Of a stretch of 64,000 bases of DNA, positions 30,001-43,123 are shown one piece after another (within the stretch, counting starts at the first letter, position 1; every line of letters begins with the position of its first letter). The position numbers and the translations under genes are program-made. Under the pieces are notes generated by a model that made no database searches, was not told the DNA's origin, and saw only the letters and a program-made list of their open reading frames with translations. The stretch comes from Eledone cirrhosa (lineage: Eukaryota): contig OZ024759.1 of the NCBI GenBank assembly GCA_964016885.1, positions 3,596,001 to 3,660,000 of the forward strand, read 5' to 3'.

Positions 30001-33000
30001 ATTGTCTGTGTGTCTACAGTGTCTGTATCTAGTGTCTGTGTGTCTACAGTGTCTGTGTGTCTGTGTCTACAGTGTCTGTGTGTCTACAGTGTCTGTGTCT
30101 ACAGTGTCTGTGTGTATACAGTGTCTGTGTGTCCACAATGTCTGTGTGTCTACAATGTCTGTGTGTCTACAATGTCTGTGTGTCTACAGTGTCTGTGTGT
30201 CTACAGTGTCTGTATCTACATTGTCTGTATCTACAGTGCCTGTGTCTCTACAGTGTCTATGTCTACAATGTCTGTGTGTCTACAGTGTCTGTGTGTCTAC
30301 AGTGTCTGTGTGTCTACAGTGTCTACAGTGTCTGTGTCTAAAGTGTCTGTGTGTCTACAATGTCTGTGTGTCTACAGTGACTGTGTGTCTACAGTGTCTG
30401 TGTGTCTAAAATGTCTGTGTCTACAGTTTCTGTGTCTACAGTGTCTGTGTGTCTACAATGTCTGTGTGTCTACAGTGTCTGTGTCTACAGGGTCTGTGTG
30501 TCTAAAATGTCTGTGTCTACAGTGACTGTGTGTCTACAGTGTCTGTGTGTCTACAATGTTTGTGTGTCTACAGTGTCTGTGTGTCTACACTGTCTGTGTC
30601 TACAATGTCTGTGTGTCTACAGTGTCTGTGTCTACAATGTCTGTGTCTACAGTGACTGTGTGTCTACAGTGTCTCTGTGTCTACAATGCCTGTGTCTACA
30701 GTGTTTGTGTGTCTACAGTGTCTGTGTCTACAGTGTCTGTGTGTCTACAGTGTCTGTGTGTCTACAATGTCTGTGTGTCTACAATGTCTGTGTGTCTACA
30801 GTGTCTGTGTGTCTACAGTGTCTGTGTGTCTACAGTGTCTGTGTTTCTACAGTATCTGTGTGTCTACAGTGACTGTATATACAGTGTCTGTGTGTCTACA
30901 GTGTCTGTGTGTCTACAATGCCTTTGTCTACAGTGTCTGTGTGTCTACAGTGTCTGTGTGTCTAAAATGTCTACAGTGACTGTGTGTCTACAGTGTCTGT
31001 GTGTCTACAATGCCTTTGTCTACAGTGTTTATGTGTCTACAATGCCTGTGTCTACAGTGCCTGTGTCTACAATGTCTGTGTGTCTACAGTGTCTATGTCT
31101 ACAGTGTCTGTGTGTCTACAGTGTCTGTGTCTACAGTGTCTGTGTGTCTACAGTGTCTGTGTGTCTACAATGTCTGTGTGTCTACAATGTCTGTGTGTCT
31201 ACAATGTCTGTTTGTCTACAATGTCTGTGTGTCTACAGTGACTGTATATACAGTGTCTGTGTGTCTACAGTGTCTGTGTGTCTACAATGCCTGTGTCTAC
31301 AGTGTCTGTGTCTACTGTGTCTACAGTGTCTGTGTCTACAGTGTCTGAGTCTACAATGTCTGTGTGTCTACAGTGTCTGTGTGTGTACAGTGTCTGTGTC
31401 TACAGTGTCTGTGTCTACAGTGTCTGTGTCTACAGCGTCTGAGTCTACAGTGTCTGTGTGACTACAGTGTCTGTGTCTACAGTGTCTGAGTCTACAATGT
31501 CTGTGTGTCTACAATGCCTGTGTCTACAGTGTCCGTGTGTCTGTGTCTACAGTGTCTGAGTCTACAATGTATGTGTGTCTACAGTGTCTGTGCCTACAAT
31601 GCCTGTGTCTACAGTGTCTGTGTGTCTACAGTGTCTGTGTCTACAGTGCCTGTGTGTCTACGTCTGTGTGTCTACACTGTCTGTCTGTCTACAGTGTTTG
31701 TGTGTCTACAGTGTCTGTGTGTCTACACTGTCTGTCTGTCTACAGTGTTTGTGTGTCTACAGTGTCTGTGTTTCTACAGTGTCTGGGTGTCTACAGTGAC
31801 TATATATACAGTGTCTGTGTGTCTACAGTGTCTGTGTGTCTACAATGTCTGTGTCTACAGTGTCTGTGTGTCTAAAATGTCTGTGTGTCTACAATATGTG
31901 TCTACAGTGTCTGTGTCTACAGTGTCTGTGTGTCTACACTGTCTGTCTGTCTACAGTGTTTGTGTGTCTAAAGTGTCTGTGTGTCTACAATGTATGTGTG
32001 TATACAGTGTCTGTGTGTCTACGTCTGTGTGTCTACAGTGTCTGTGTGTCTACAGTGTCTGTGTCTCTACATTGTCTGTGTGTCTACAGTGTCTGTGTCT
32101 ACAGTGTCTGTGTGTCTACAATGCCTGTGTCTACAGTGTATGTGTCTACAGTGTCTGTGTGTCTACAGTGTCTGTGTCTACTGTGTCTACAGTGTCTGTG
32201 TCTACTGTGTCTACAGTGTCTGTGTCTACAATGTCTGTGTGTCTACAGAGTCTGTGTGTGTACAGTGTCTGTGTCTACAGTGTCTGTGTCTACAGTGTCT
32301 GAGTCTACAATGTCTGTGTGTCCGTGTGTCTGTGTCTACAGTGTCTGTGTCTACAGTGTCTGAGTCTACAGTGCCTGTGTCTACAGTGTCTGTGTGTCTA
32401 CAGTGTCTGTGTCTACAGTGTCTGAGTCTACAATGTCTGTGTGTCTACAATGCCTGTGTCTACAGTGTCCGTGTGTCTGTGTCTACAGTGTCTGAGTCTA
32501 CAATGTATGTGTGTCTACAGTGTCTGTGCCTACAATGCCTGTGTCTACAGTGTCTGTGTCTAAAGTGTCTGTGTCTACAATGTCTGTGTGTCTACAGTGT
32601 CTGTATCTACAGTGTCTGTGTGTCTAAAATGTTTGTGTGTCTACAGTGTCTGTGTGTCTACAGTGTCTGTGTCTACAATGTCTGTGTGTCTACAGTGTCT
32701 GTGTCTACAGTGTCTGTGTGTCTAAAATGTCTGTGTCTACAGTGACTGTGTGTCTACAGTGTCTGTGTGTCTACAATGTTTGTGTGTCTACAGCGTCTGT
32801 GTGTCTACAGTGTCTGTGTCTACAATGTCTGTGTGTCTACAGTGTCTGTGTCTACAGTGTCTGTGTGTCTAAAATGTCTGTGTCTACAGTGACTGTGTGT
32901 CTACAGTGTCTCTGTGTCTACAATGCCTGTGTCTACAGTGTCTGTGTGTCTACAGTGTCTGTGTCTACAGTGTCTGTGTGTCTACAGTGTCTGTGTGTCT

Positions 33001-36000
33001 ACAATGTCTGTGTGTCTACAATGTCTGTGTGTCTACAATGTCTGTGTGTCTACAGTGTCTGTGTGTCTACAGTGTCTGTGTGTCTACAGTGACTGTATAT
33101 ACAGTGTCTGTGTGTCTACAATGCCTTTGTCTACAGTGTCTGTGTGTCTACAATGTCTGTGTCTACAGTGTCTGTGTGTCTAAAATGTCTACAGTGACTG
33201 TGTGTCTACAGTGTCTGTGTGTCTACAATGTCTGTGTGTCTACAGTGTCTGTGTGTCTACAGTGTTTCTGTGTCTACAGTGTCTGTGTCTACAATGTCTG
33301 TGTGTCTACAGTGTCTGTGTCTACAGTGTCTGTGTGTCAAAAATGTCTGTGTCTACAGTGACTGTGTGTCTACAGTGTCTGTGTGTCTACAATGTTTGTG
33401 TGTCTACAGTGTCTGTGTGTCTACACTGTCTGTGTCTACAATGTCTGTGTGTCTACAGTGTCTGTGTCTACAGTGTCTACAGTGTCTGTGTCTACAGTGT
33501 CTGTGTCTACAGTGTCTGTGTGTCTACAGTGTCTGTGTGTCTACAATGTCTGTGTTTCTACAGTGTCTGTGTGTCTACAGTGACTGTATATACAACGTAT
33601 GTATGTCTACAGCGTCTGTGTGTCTACAGTGTCTGTGTGTCTACAATGCCTGTGTCTACAGTGTATGTGTGTCTACAGTGTCTGTGTCTACAGTGTCTGT
33701 GTCTACTGTGTCTACAGTGTCTGTGTCTACAGTGTCTGAGTCTACAATGTCTGTGTGTCTACAGTGTCTGAGTCTACAATGTCTGTGTGTCTATAGTGTC
33801 TGTGTGTGTACAGTGTCTGTGTCTACAGTGTCTGTGTCTACAGTGTCTGTGTCTACAGTGTCTGAGTCTACAGTGCCTGTGTCTACAGTGTCTGTGTGTC
33901 TACAGTGTCTGTGTCTACAGTGTCTGAGTCTACCATGTCTGTGTGTCTACAATGCCTGTGTCTACAGTGTCCGTGTGTCTGAGTCTACAATGCATGTGTG
34001 TCTACAGTGTCTGTGCCTACAATGCCTGTGTCTACAGTGTCTGTGTGTCTACAGTGTCTGTGTCTACAGTGTCTGTGTCTACAGTGTCTGAGTCTACAAT
34101 GTCTGTGTGTCTACAGTGTCTGTGTCTACAATGTCTGTGTCTACAGTGTCCGTGTGTCTGTCTACAGTGTCTGTGTGTCTACAGTGTCTGTGTCCACAGT
34201 GACTGTGTGTCTACAGTGTCTGTGTGTCTACAATATGTGTCTACAGTGTCCGTGTGTCTGTCTACAGTGTCTGTTTGTCTACAGTGTCTGTGTCTACAGT
34301 GTCTGTGTCTACAGTGTCTGTGTCTACAGTGTCTGTGTCTCTACATTGTCTGTGTGTCTACAATGTCTGTGTCTACAGTGTCTGGGTGTCTACAGTGTCT
34401 GTGTGTCTGTGTGGCTACAATGTCTGTGTGTCTACAGTGTCTGTGGTTCTACAGTGTCTGTGTGTCTGTGTGGCTACAATGTCTGTGTGTCTACAGTGTC
34501 TTAGTCAACAGTTTCTGTGTCAACAGTGTCTGTGTCTACAGTGTCTGTGTGTCTACAATGTCTGTGTCTACAGTGTCTGTATGTCTACAGTGTCTGTGTG
34601 TCTACAGTGTGTGTGTGTCTACAGTGTCTGTGTGTCTACAGTGTCTGTGTGCCTACAATGTCTGTGTGTCTACAGTGTCTGTGTCTACAGTGTCTGTGTG
34701 TCTACAGTGTCTGTGTGTCTACAGTGTCTGTGTGTCTACAGTGTCTGTGTCTACAGTGTCTGTGTCTACAGTGTCTGTGTGTCTACAGTGTCTGTGTGTC
34801 TACAGTGTCTGTGTGCCTACAATGTCTGTGTGTCTACAGTGTCTGTGTCTACAGTGTCTGTGTCTACAGTGTCTGTGTCTACAGTGTCTGTGTGTCTACA
34901 ATGTCTGTGTGTCTACAATGTCTGTGTGTCTACAGTGTCTGTGTGTCTACAGTGTCTGTGTGTCTACAGTGTCTGTGTGTCTACAGTTTCTGTGTCTACA
35001 GTGTCTGAGTCTACAGTGCCTGTGTCTACAGTGTCTGTGTGTCTACAGTGTCTGTGTCTACAGTGTCTGAGTCTACAATGTCTGTGTGTCTACAATGCCT
35101 GTGTCTACAGTGTCCGTGTGTCTGTGTCTACAGTGTCTGAGTCTACAATGCATGTGTGTCTACAGTGTCTGTGCCTACAATGCCTGTGTCTACAGTGTCT
35201 GTGTGTCTACAGTGTCTGTGTCTACAGTGTCTGAGTCTACAATGTCTGTGTGTCTACAGTGTCTGTGTCTACAATGTCTGTGTCTACAGTGTCCGTGTGT
35301 CTGTCTACAGTGTCTGTGTGTCTACAGTGTCTGTGTCCACAGTGACTGTGTGTCTACAGTGTCTGTGTGTCTACAATATGTGTCTACAGTGTCCGTGTGT
35401 CTGTCTACAGTGTCTGTTTGTCTACAGTGTCTGTGTCTACAGTGTCTGTGTCTACAGTGTCTCTGTCTCTACATTGTCTGTGTGTCTACAATGTCTGTGT
35501 CTACAGTGTCTGGGTGTCTACAGTGTCTGTGTGTCTGTGTGGCTACAATGTCTGTGTGTCTACAGTGTCTGTGGTTCTACAGTGTCTGTGTGTCTGTGTG
35601 GCTACAATGTCTGTGTGTCTACAGTGTCTTAGTCAACAGTTTCTGTGTCAACAGTGTCTGTGTCTACAGTGTCTGTGTGTCTACAATGTCTGTGTCTACA
35701 GTGTCTGTATGTCTACAGTGTGTGTGTGTCTACAGTGTCTGTGTGTCTACAGTGTCTGTGTGCCTACAATGTCTGTGTGTCTACAGTGTCTGTGTCTACA
35801 GTGTCTGTGTGTCTACAATGTCTGTGTGTCTACAGTGTGTGTGTCTACAGTGTCTGTGTGTCTACAGTGTCTGTGTGTCTACAGTGTCTGTGTCTACAGT
35901 GTCTGTGTCTACAGTGTCTGTGTGTCTACAGTGTCTGTGTGTCTACAGTGTCTGTGTGCCTACAATGTCTGTGTGTCTACAGTGTCTGTGTCTACAGTGT

Positions 36001-36184
36001 CTGTGTCTACAGTGTCTGTGTCTACAGTGTCTGTGTCTACAGTGTCTGTGTGTCTACAATGTCTGTGTGTCTACAATGTCTGTGTGTCTACAGTGTCTGT
36101 GTGTCTACAGTGTCTGTGTGTCTACAGTGTCTGTGTGTCTACAGTTTCTGTGTCTACAGTGTCAGTGTCTACAGTGTCTGTGTC
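1..36184. repeat. Large satellite array of interspersed 17-bp (TCTACAGTGTCTGTGTG) and 15-bp (TCTACAGTGTCTGTG) monomers with higher-order structure; begins before the window
   Basis: Monomers are visible throughout, with recurrent variants (ACAAT, GTGAC, CTAAAA, GAGTC). Identical variant blocks recur at kb offsets. The Cys/Val/Ser ORFs in all three + frames are translations of the repeat. Confidence 0.99.
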
Positions 36185-37227
36185 CCACTGTCCCTCTATA
36201 TTGTCCGACTCTAAATGCTCTTCCTTACTGTCGAAAGCATCAAGTAATATGCTTTGAAATTTATTTCTGGCTGTGGGGTCCTTTAGCTTCCATATTTTTC
36301 TCTTGAGGATAGTCCTCTTCTGCTGTCGAGTACGTCTCGTCCTGACTATGAGGTCGCTAATTATCAGTCTATGTTGGGAGGTGCTTTCTTCATGGGGGAG
36401 GGATTTAGTGTTTACAACAGACACTCTGTCACGTCTTCTGGTAAGGATATAATCTACCTGGCTGGTATGTTCCCCTGATCTGTAGATGATCAAGCGATTG
36501 TCTCGTTTTTTGAAGTTAGTGTTACAGATAGTTAGCCTATTTGCGTCACAGAATTCCAGGGTTCTGGAGCCTTCCTCATTTCTAGTACCAAACCCATAGC
36601 CTCCGTGGATTCCGTCATAACCGTCACAATGTTGTCCAATGTGACCATTTAGGTCGCCAGCAATAGTTATATAGTCACTGTCGGTTATTTGGGAGGTAGT
36701 GAGCATCAGTGTCTCATAGAATCTGTCTTTTATAGCGCCAGGCAGTCCGGATTGGGGCGCGTACGCAGATATTACTGTCACAGTAGTACTATTTTGAACA
36801 AGTCTTATTTTAATTATTCTGTCATTCACTCTATTTACGTCTATTATCTTATCCACCCATTTTTCTGCTAACATGATTCCTACCCCACCCAGCCCATTGT
36901 CATTTCCCAGCCAGAAAAGCTTATAGCATCGTTTTTACCCACAATGAATCTAGCAGACCCGCCCCTCCACCTGATCTCTTGGATACAGCAAACATCAACC
37001 TCCTTACGTTCAAGCATTTCTACAACCTCGTTAGAGCGGCCTTTTAAGGTGCCTACATTCATGGTACCAACTCTGAAGTTTTGGATTGCGTTTGGTGGGT
37101 AGAGCGCAGGGAGGGGTGAGGGGGATGGGGTTGGGGTTATGTTGGCCATCCGCGGCCGCAACAAAGAGGAGGAGGCCTTGCCCTTTCGTCCGGCAGCATG
37201 ACGTGAATTTGTCGTTATCTTTGGCAT
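36185..37227 (-). mobile_element. RTE-clade non-LTR retrotransposon 5' fragment (APE endonuclease), frameshifted, truncated by the satellite
   Basis: ORF 36880-37227 contains RVGTMNVGTL and DVCCIQEIRW. ORF 36122-36874 contains VISAYAPQSG, IAGDLNGHIG, SQVDYIL and SQHRLIISD, which are APE motifs of RTE type. The frame breaks near 36877. Confidence 0.9.
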
Positions 37228-37552
37228 TGTCTTCGAGTGTCCAGATTCTTCAGACTCTCCAGAAATTACTTAGTCCATCCATCATATCGAAAAGTAACCA
37301 GAAGTGATAGCATAGGCCGTTGACTTGTGATTGGTCCAAATAATAAAGGTGGAGAGTGGGGGAGGGAGGGGTATGGGGTAGTTAGCGAGGAGAAGATTAT
37401 TTAGAACAGTCAGACAGAATTATAGAATAGCAATTATGAAGTAGGATTTGGATTCTGGGCGATTATAGATATATGGATGAATGAACTGAAGGGTGGGAGA
37501 CAAGAAGAAAATGTTATTTATACATTACATTTCATATGTATATTTATATATT

Positions 37553-37599
<47 letters not shown>

Positions 37600-37732
37600 G
37601 GAAAAGATGAAACGATATTTCATTTCCCACTCTTAGTACGGCTGTTACTTAAATATAAGTATGTACACGTACACACATATATGCATACCGACGTACAGTA
37701 GTATGTATATATATATATACATACATGCACAC

Positions 37733-38078
37733 ATATATATATGCACATATGGATTCACCGAATATTTATTATAATGCTCGGTGTGTTTGTAAACAAACAT
37801 CCCGTATTAAGCCGTAGTGTCTAGCAACCACCGTTGCTCGTTTGTAGCCCGTTAATATGCATAAGGTAAGTATATACGTTCAACAATCTGGCAGGAAGGT
37901 ATACGTTGCTGACGATAGCTAACAAGCTTGAAACTAGTACAGCGTTCCTTTGTCAGTGTTGAACAAACGAGCAACGGTGGTTGCTAGACACTACGGCTTA
38001 ATACGGGATGTTTGTTTACAAACATTATAATAAATATTATAATAAATATTCGGTGAATCCATACGTGCATATATATAT
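37733..38078. repeat. Fold-back structure: ~110-bp inverted arms (37733-37845 / 37963-38078) around a ~117-bp spacer carrying a hammerhead
   Basis: GGATTCACCGAATATTTATTATAAT...CCGTTGCTCGTTTGT on the left is the reverse complement of ACAAACGAGCAACGG...ATTATAATAAATATTCGGTGAATCC on the right. Confidence 0.93.
37903..37945 (+). ncRNA. Type I hammerhead ribozyme, family A copy 1
   Basis: Stem I ACGUUG/CAGCGU; core CUGACGA (37909-37915); stem II (U)AGCU-AACA-AGCU(U); GAAA (37930-37933); palindromic stem III ACUAGU; GUA cleavage triplet (37937-37939). Confidence 0.8.
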
Positions 38079-38635
38079 TAATCTGTTATTTTAATAAATA
38101 TTTTCTCTACAGTTCTTATATATTTGATATATATTTATCCTTATTGAGCCCTCTTTGGATTTTAGTCTTCAATTTTATTATTATTACTATATATATATAT
38201 ATATATACACATATAATTGTGTATTCACACATTATCTTAGTAATGATATAATAATTTTAGTAAATTGTTCAAAATTCTTCATTAACCATTTTGGTAGAAA
38301 CCCAGCCAAAATAGGTTCTCGTTATATGGAAATGGTTCCTATCTAAATTAAAGTCTTCCAACGAAATTCTATATAACAACCATATGTTATGTTACTATGT
38401 TAGTAATTAACTAACAATTGTGATAAATAGCCCAAATTATTCATAATTAATTGAAATACGAGGTTCATAATTATAATAAAATCTTCGAACAGGCTACGAA
38501 GCCGGTAAACCTTAAAGGTACGCAACACACACATCGCTATAGCGTTTCACCAGCCAATTCATTCCTCAATCATTACATAGATGTGTGTGTATGTAATAAA
38601 TATTTTGTATTGTGTCTATTTATGAATATGTATGA

Positions 38636-40006
38636 GTAGATGTGTGTGTGTGTGTAACACAGTAGATGTGTGTGTGTGTGTAACACAGTAGATGTGTGTG
38701 TATATAACACAGTAGATGTGTGTATATCACACAGTACATGTGTGTGTATGTAACTCAGTAGATGTGTGTGTATGTAACCCAGTAGATGTATGTGTATGTA
38801 ACTCAGTAGATGTGTGTGTATGTAATACAGTAGATGTGGGTATGTAACACAGTAGATGTGTGTATGTAACATAGTAGATGTGTGTATGTAACACAGTAGA
38901 TGTGTGTGTATATAACACAGTAGATGTTTGTGTATGTAACACAGTAGATGTGTGTAACACAGTAGATGTGTGTGTATGTAACACAATAGATGTGTGTGTA
39001 TATAACACAGATGTGTGTGTATGTAACACAGTAGATGTGTGTGTATGTAACACAGTAGATGTGTGTGTATGTAACATAGTAGATGTGTGTATGTAACACA
39101 GTAGATGTGTGTATTGTAACACAATAGATGTGTGTGTATGTAACACTGTAGATCTCTGTATATGTAACACAGTAGATGTGTGTATGTAACACAGTAGATG
39201 TGTGTGTATGTAATACAGTAGGTGTGTGTGTATGTAACACAGTAGATGTGTGTGTATGTAACACAGTAGATGTGTGTGTATGTAACACAGTAGATGTGTG
39301 TGTATGTAACACAGTAGATGTGAGTGTATGTAACTCAGTAGATGTGAGTGTATGTAACCCAGTAGATGTGTGTAACACAATAGATGTGTGTGTATATAAC
39401 ACAATAGATGTGTGTGTATGTAACACAGTAGATGTGTGTGTATGTAACACAGTAGATGTGTTTGTATGTAACACAGTAGATGTGTGTGTATGTAACACAT
39501 TAGATGTGTGTGTCTGTAACACAGTAGATGTGTGTGTATGTAACACAATAGATGTGTGTGTATATAACACAGTAGAAACGTGTGTTTATGTAACACAGTA
39601 GATGTGTGTGTATGTAACCCAGTAGATGTGTGCGTATATAACCCAGTAGATGTGTGTATGTAACACAGTAGATGTATGTGTATGTAACCCAGTAGATGTG
39701 TGTATGTAAGACAGTAGATGTGTGTGTATCTAAGACAGTAGATGTGTGCATGTAACACAGTAGATGTGTGTGTATGTAACACAGTAGATGTGTGTGTATG
39801 TAACACAATAGATGTGTGTGTATGTAACACTGTAGATCTCTGTATATGTAACACAGTAGATGTGTGTATGTAACACAGTAGATGTGTGTGTATGTAACAC
39901 AGTAGGTGTGTGTGTATGTAACACAGTAGATGTGTGTGTATGTAAGACAGTAGATGTGTGTGTATGTAAGACAGTAGATGTGTGTGTATGTAACACAGTA
40001 GATGTA
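38636..40006. repeat. Minisatellite, ~24-bp unit TGTAACACAGTAGATGTGTGTGTA, roughly 55-60 copies
   Basis: The tandem unit is directly visible, with a variable (TG)n part. Confidence 0.97.
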
Positions 40007-40849
40007 TATATAACTAAAGTGTAACGTAAGTTAAAATGGACGACAAAATGACTTTAACTTGTTTTTTAACAATTGATGGTGGAAAAGATTTTAAATTGTC
40101 TTAACTCAGACCATAAAGGGCTGCAACACATGGTGTTTGACACTCTTACCGGCTACATAGCCAGGGATTCTATTTTACGGGGTCCGGTTACATAGCTTCT
40201 TCTTAAAAATCTTCCAACATAATTTTATACAAGAACCACATGTTAAGTTACTAATAAAATAATTAATAATTAAAAACTTCAGTAAATCCTTCAAATGATA
40301 TCTCAGTAATGAAATAATTAATAATTGTTATAAATACCTCAAAATTCCTCATTAATTAAACCCCAGACAGGTAAAAACTCCAGAGTCTTTCAGTCGGACA
40401 TGAAACAAATTCATTTCTAATGGAAAAAGTAAAGATTGTAAAGTCAGCCAAGGGAGATCACTCTCAGCGACTTATTGTAAATCTTGTTCGTGAATTAATC
40501 CGGATTAAATTATTCTGGTGTATTTTGTGTGGAGGAAACCGGGTTTACGCGGTGATAGCGCGTAATTCAAGAACGTATGGTTCGTGAGACCGGGTAGTCT
40601 GTGCGTTGGCCCCTTGAACAAAACATTTCTCCCAGCTGGCAAAACTAATAAGTTGTACCAGTAATTATAGGGTAACGTTGTTACATAGAATTGTCACACT
40701 GAATCTCTCTGAGAACAATGTCAACGGTACACGTGTCAATGAAATACCCAGACGCATTATAATATAAGATGGATTCTATATGTATTTAAAAAGGAAGGCA
40801 TGTCACACGTTTTGTCTCGCTGAATCTCCCTGTGAACTATGTAAATACT

Positions 40850-41797
40850 AGTGACTATCAGACATAGTGTATCTCGGACTACATTATCTAATGTACAGTA
40901 CAGTAGTTAGTATTAGTGGTTATCAGACATAGTATATCTAGGACTACATTATCTAATGTACAGTACAGTAGTCAGTATTACTGGCTATCAGACATAGTGT
41001 ATCTAGGACTACATTATCTAATGTACAGTACAGTAGTTAGTATTAGTGACTATCAGACATAGTGTATCTAGGACTACATTATCTAATGTACAATACAGTA
41101 GTTAGTATCAGTGGCTATCAGACATAGTGTATCTAGGACTACATTATCTAATGTACAGTACAGTAGTTAGTATTAGTGGCTATCAGACATAGTGTATCTA
41201 GGACTACATTATCTAATGTACAGTACAGTAGTTAGTATTAGTGGCTATCAGACATAGTATATCTAGGACTACATTATCTAATGTACAGTACAGTAGTTAG
41301 TATTAGTGGCTATCAGACAGTGTATCTAGGACTACATTACCTAATGTACAGTACAGTAGTTAGTATTAGTGGCTATCAGACATAGTGTATCTAAGACTAC
41401 CTTATCTAATGTACAATATAGTAGTTAGTATTACTGGCTATCAGACATAGTGTATCTAGGAATACATTATCTAATGTACAATATAGTAGTTAGTATTACT
41501 GGCTATCAGGCATAGTGTATCTAGGAATACATTACCTATTGTACAGTGTAGTAGTTAGTATTAGTGGCTACCAGACATAGTGTATCTAGGACTACATTAC
41601 ATAATGTACAGTACAGTAATCAGTATTAGAGGCTATCAGAGATAGTGTATCTAGGACTACATTATCTAATGTACAGTACAGTAGTTAGTATTAGTGGCTA
41701 TCAGGCATAGTGTATCTAGGACTACATTATCTAATATACAGTACAGTAGTTAGTATTAGTGGCTATCAGGCATAGTGTATCTAAGACTACATTATCT
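40850..41797. repeat. 65-bp tandem repeat, ~14.5 copies
   Basis: Unit AGTGGCTATCAGACATAGTGTATCTAGGACTACATTATCTAATGTACAGTACAGTAGTTAGTATT, starting at 40850 and 40915 and continuing. Confidence 0.97.
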
Positions 41798-41829
41798 TAA
41801 CTGCACATAGCATCCAACCCTGACAGTAT

Positions 41830-42072
41830 GGTGTCCTGGAAATATGTACATTCAAAGCAGAGACCTCACTCTTCAGTTGGTCCTCTTCACAATCTCCACA
41901 CAAGCCAGGTTACTGACGACCCAAGAAATGCACAGAATTCATTGTTGAAAGAAATGGAGGCATTTTCACTGTTGAAGACCAAAATGTACCATCTCCACCA
42001 CCTCTGACATCAGATTCTATTACAACTATGGAATTTAGACCTGCAATGCCACCTTACAAAACCTCTACGTAG
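41830..42072 (+). mobile_element. Degenerate CR1/L2/Jockey-group LINE ORF2 fragment (region preceding the RT domain)
   Basis: Manual translation gives SWKYVHSKQRPHSSVGPL...VTDDP and, after a frameshift, IFTVEDQNVPSPPPLTSDSITTMEF. This resembles the FWKY...GPL...FTxED linker of such elements. Confidence 0.5.
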
Positions 42073-42312
42073 TCTTTCTAACTGCTAGAAATAGCAGCGA
42101 TATTATCCATTACAACTTCGTTTTTTTGTTTAAAATATCCAAAGTTTAGTTATGAAATCAACAGCAAGTCCTTTGCACAGACTTCGGAATAAACTCGAAG
42201 ACCGTCAAAATATCATTCTCCTTCTCTCTCTCTTTAAACAAAGAATAGCTGCTTTCAACCTTAACGGGATCTTCTGAAACTCATTATTTTAATCAATAGT
42301 TGCTCTACGGCT

Positions 42313-42364
<52 letters not shown>

Positions 42365-42457
42365 GTAATTCCGTCGGAAAAGTGCAGGAAAAAAGAGTGC
42401 TCTATGTAGGCAACAGAGCTTAATTATTATTATGTAATAAACAACATAAGGCAATTA

Positions 42458-42517
42458 TTCCATTTACCAGTGGTTTCTTAAAAGCAAAAGGTTTTGCTTT
42501 CAATCCTCAGAATGAAA
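42458..42517 (-). ncRNA. Type I hammerhead ribozyme, family B copy 1
   Basis: Minus strand reads UUUCAUU-CUGAGGA-UUGAAAGCAAA(ACCU)UUUGCUUUUAA-GAAA-CCACUG-GUA-AAUGGAA, giving a 7-bp stem I, an 11-bp stem II and a short stem III. Confidence 0.78.
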
Positions 42518-42662
42518 AAATCCTGGTTTGTTTATTGAATTTGGATTTTAAAAAACAAAAATGCAAACTATATGAAAGTGAGGCTGGAGAAGGGAGAAGG
42601 AAAGGAAAAATAAAATAAAACTACACATGCAAACACACACACAAAAACACAAAAGCATACAT

Positions 42663-42727
<65 letters not shown>

Positions 42728-42977
42728 CACATATATATAAAAAAAAACATTGACACTCCTATGATAAATCAACCGCCTTGAAATCCTTCCCTGCTCTTTA
42801 CTTCTGCTACGGTTTTTATTTTGCTGATTCTACGTTCTGTACTCTTGTATATTTACTTATTTTTTTCTCCCTTACCTCCCCTTATATTTTATCTTTTCTT
42901 ATGCCCCCCCCCCCCATATATTCTGTTTGCCTTGCCCTTCACATACCTATGTGTATGTGTATGTATATTTGTGTGTA

Positions 42978-43046
<69 letters not shown>

Positions 43047-43123
43047 GTGTGTGTATGTGTATGTGTGTATATATATGTATATATTTGTGTGTGTGTATGT
43101 ATATGTGGATAAACCAGGGTTTT

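Noticed and set aside
1-36184. Over a hundred long Cys/Val/Ser-rich ORFs resembling metallothionein- or keratin-associated proteins
   Set aside because: They are translations of a stop-poor satellite, open in all three frames with 15/17-bp frame switching.
41908-41940. CTGACGA-CCCAA-GAAA as another hammerhead
   Set aside because: There is no stem II, III or I pairing, and it lies in a LINE coding remnant.
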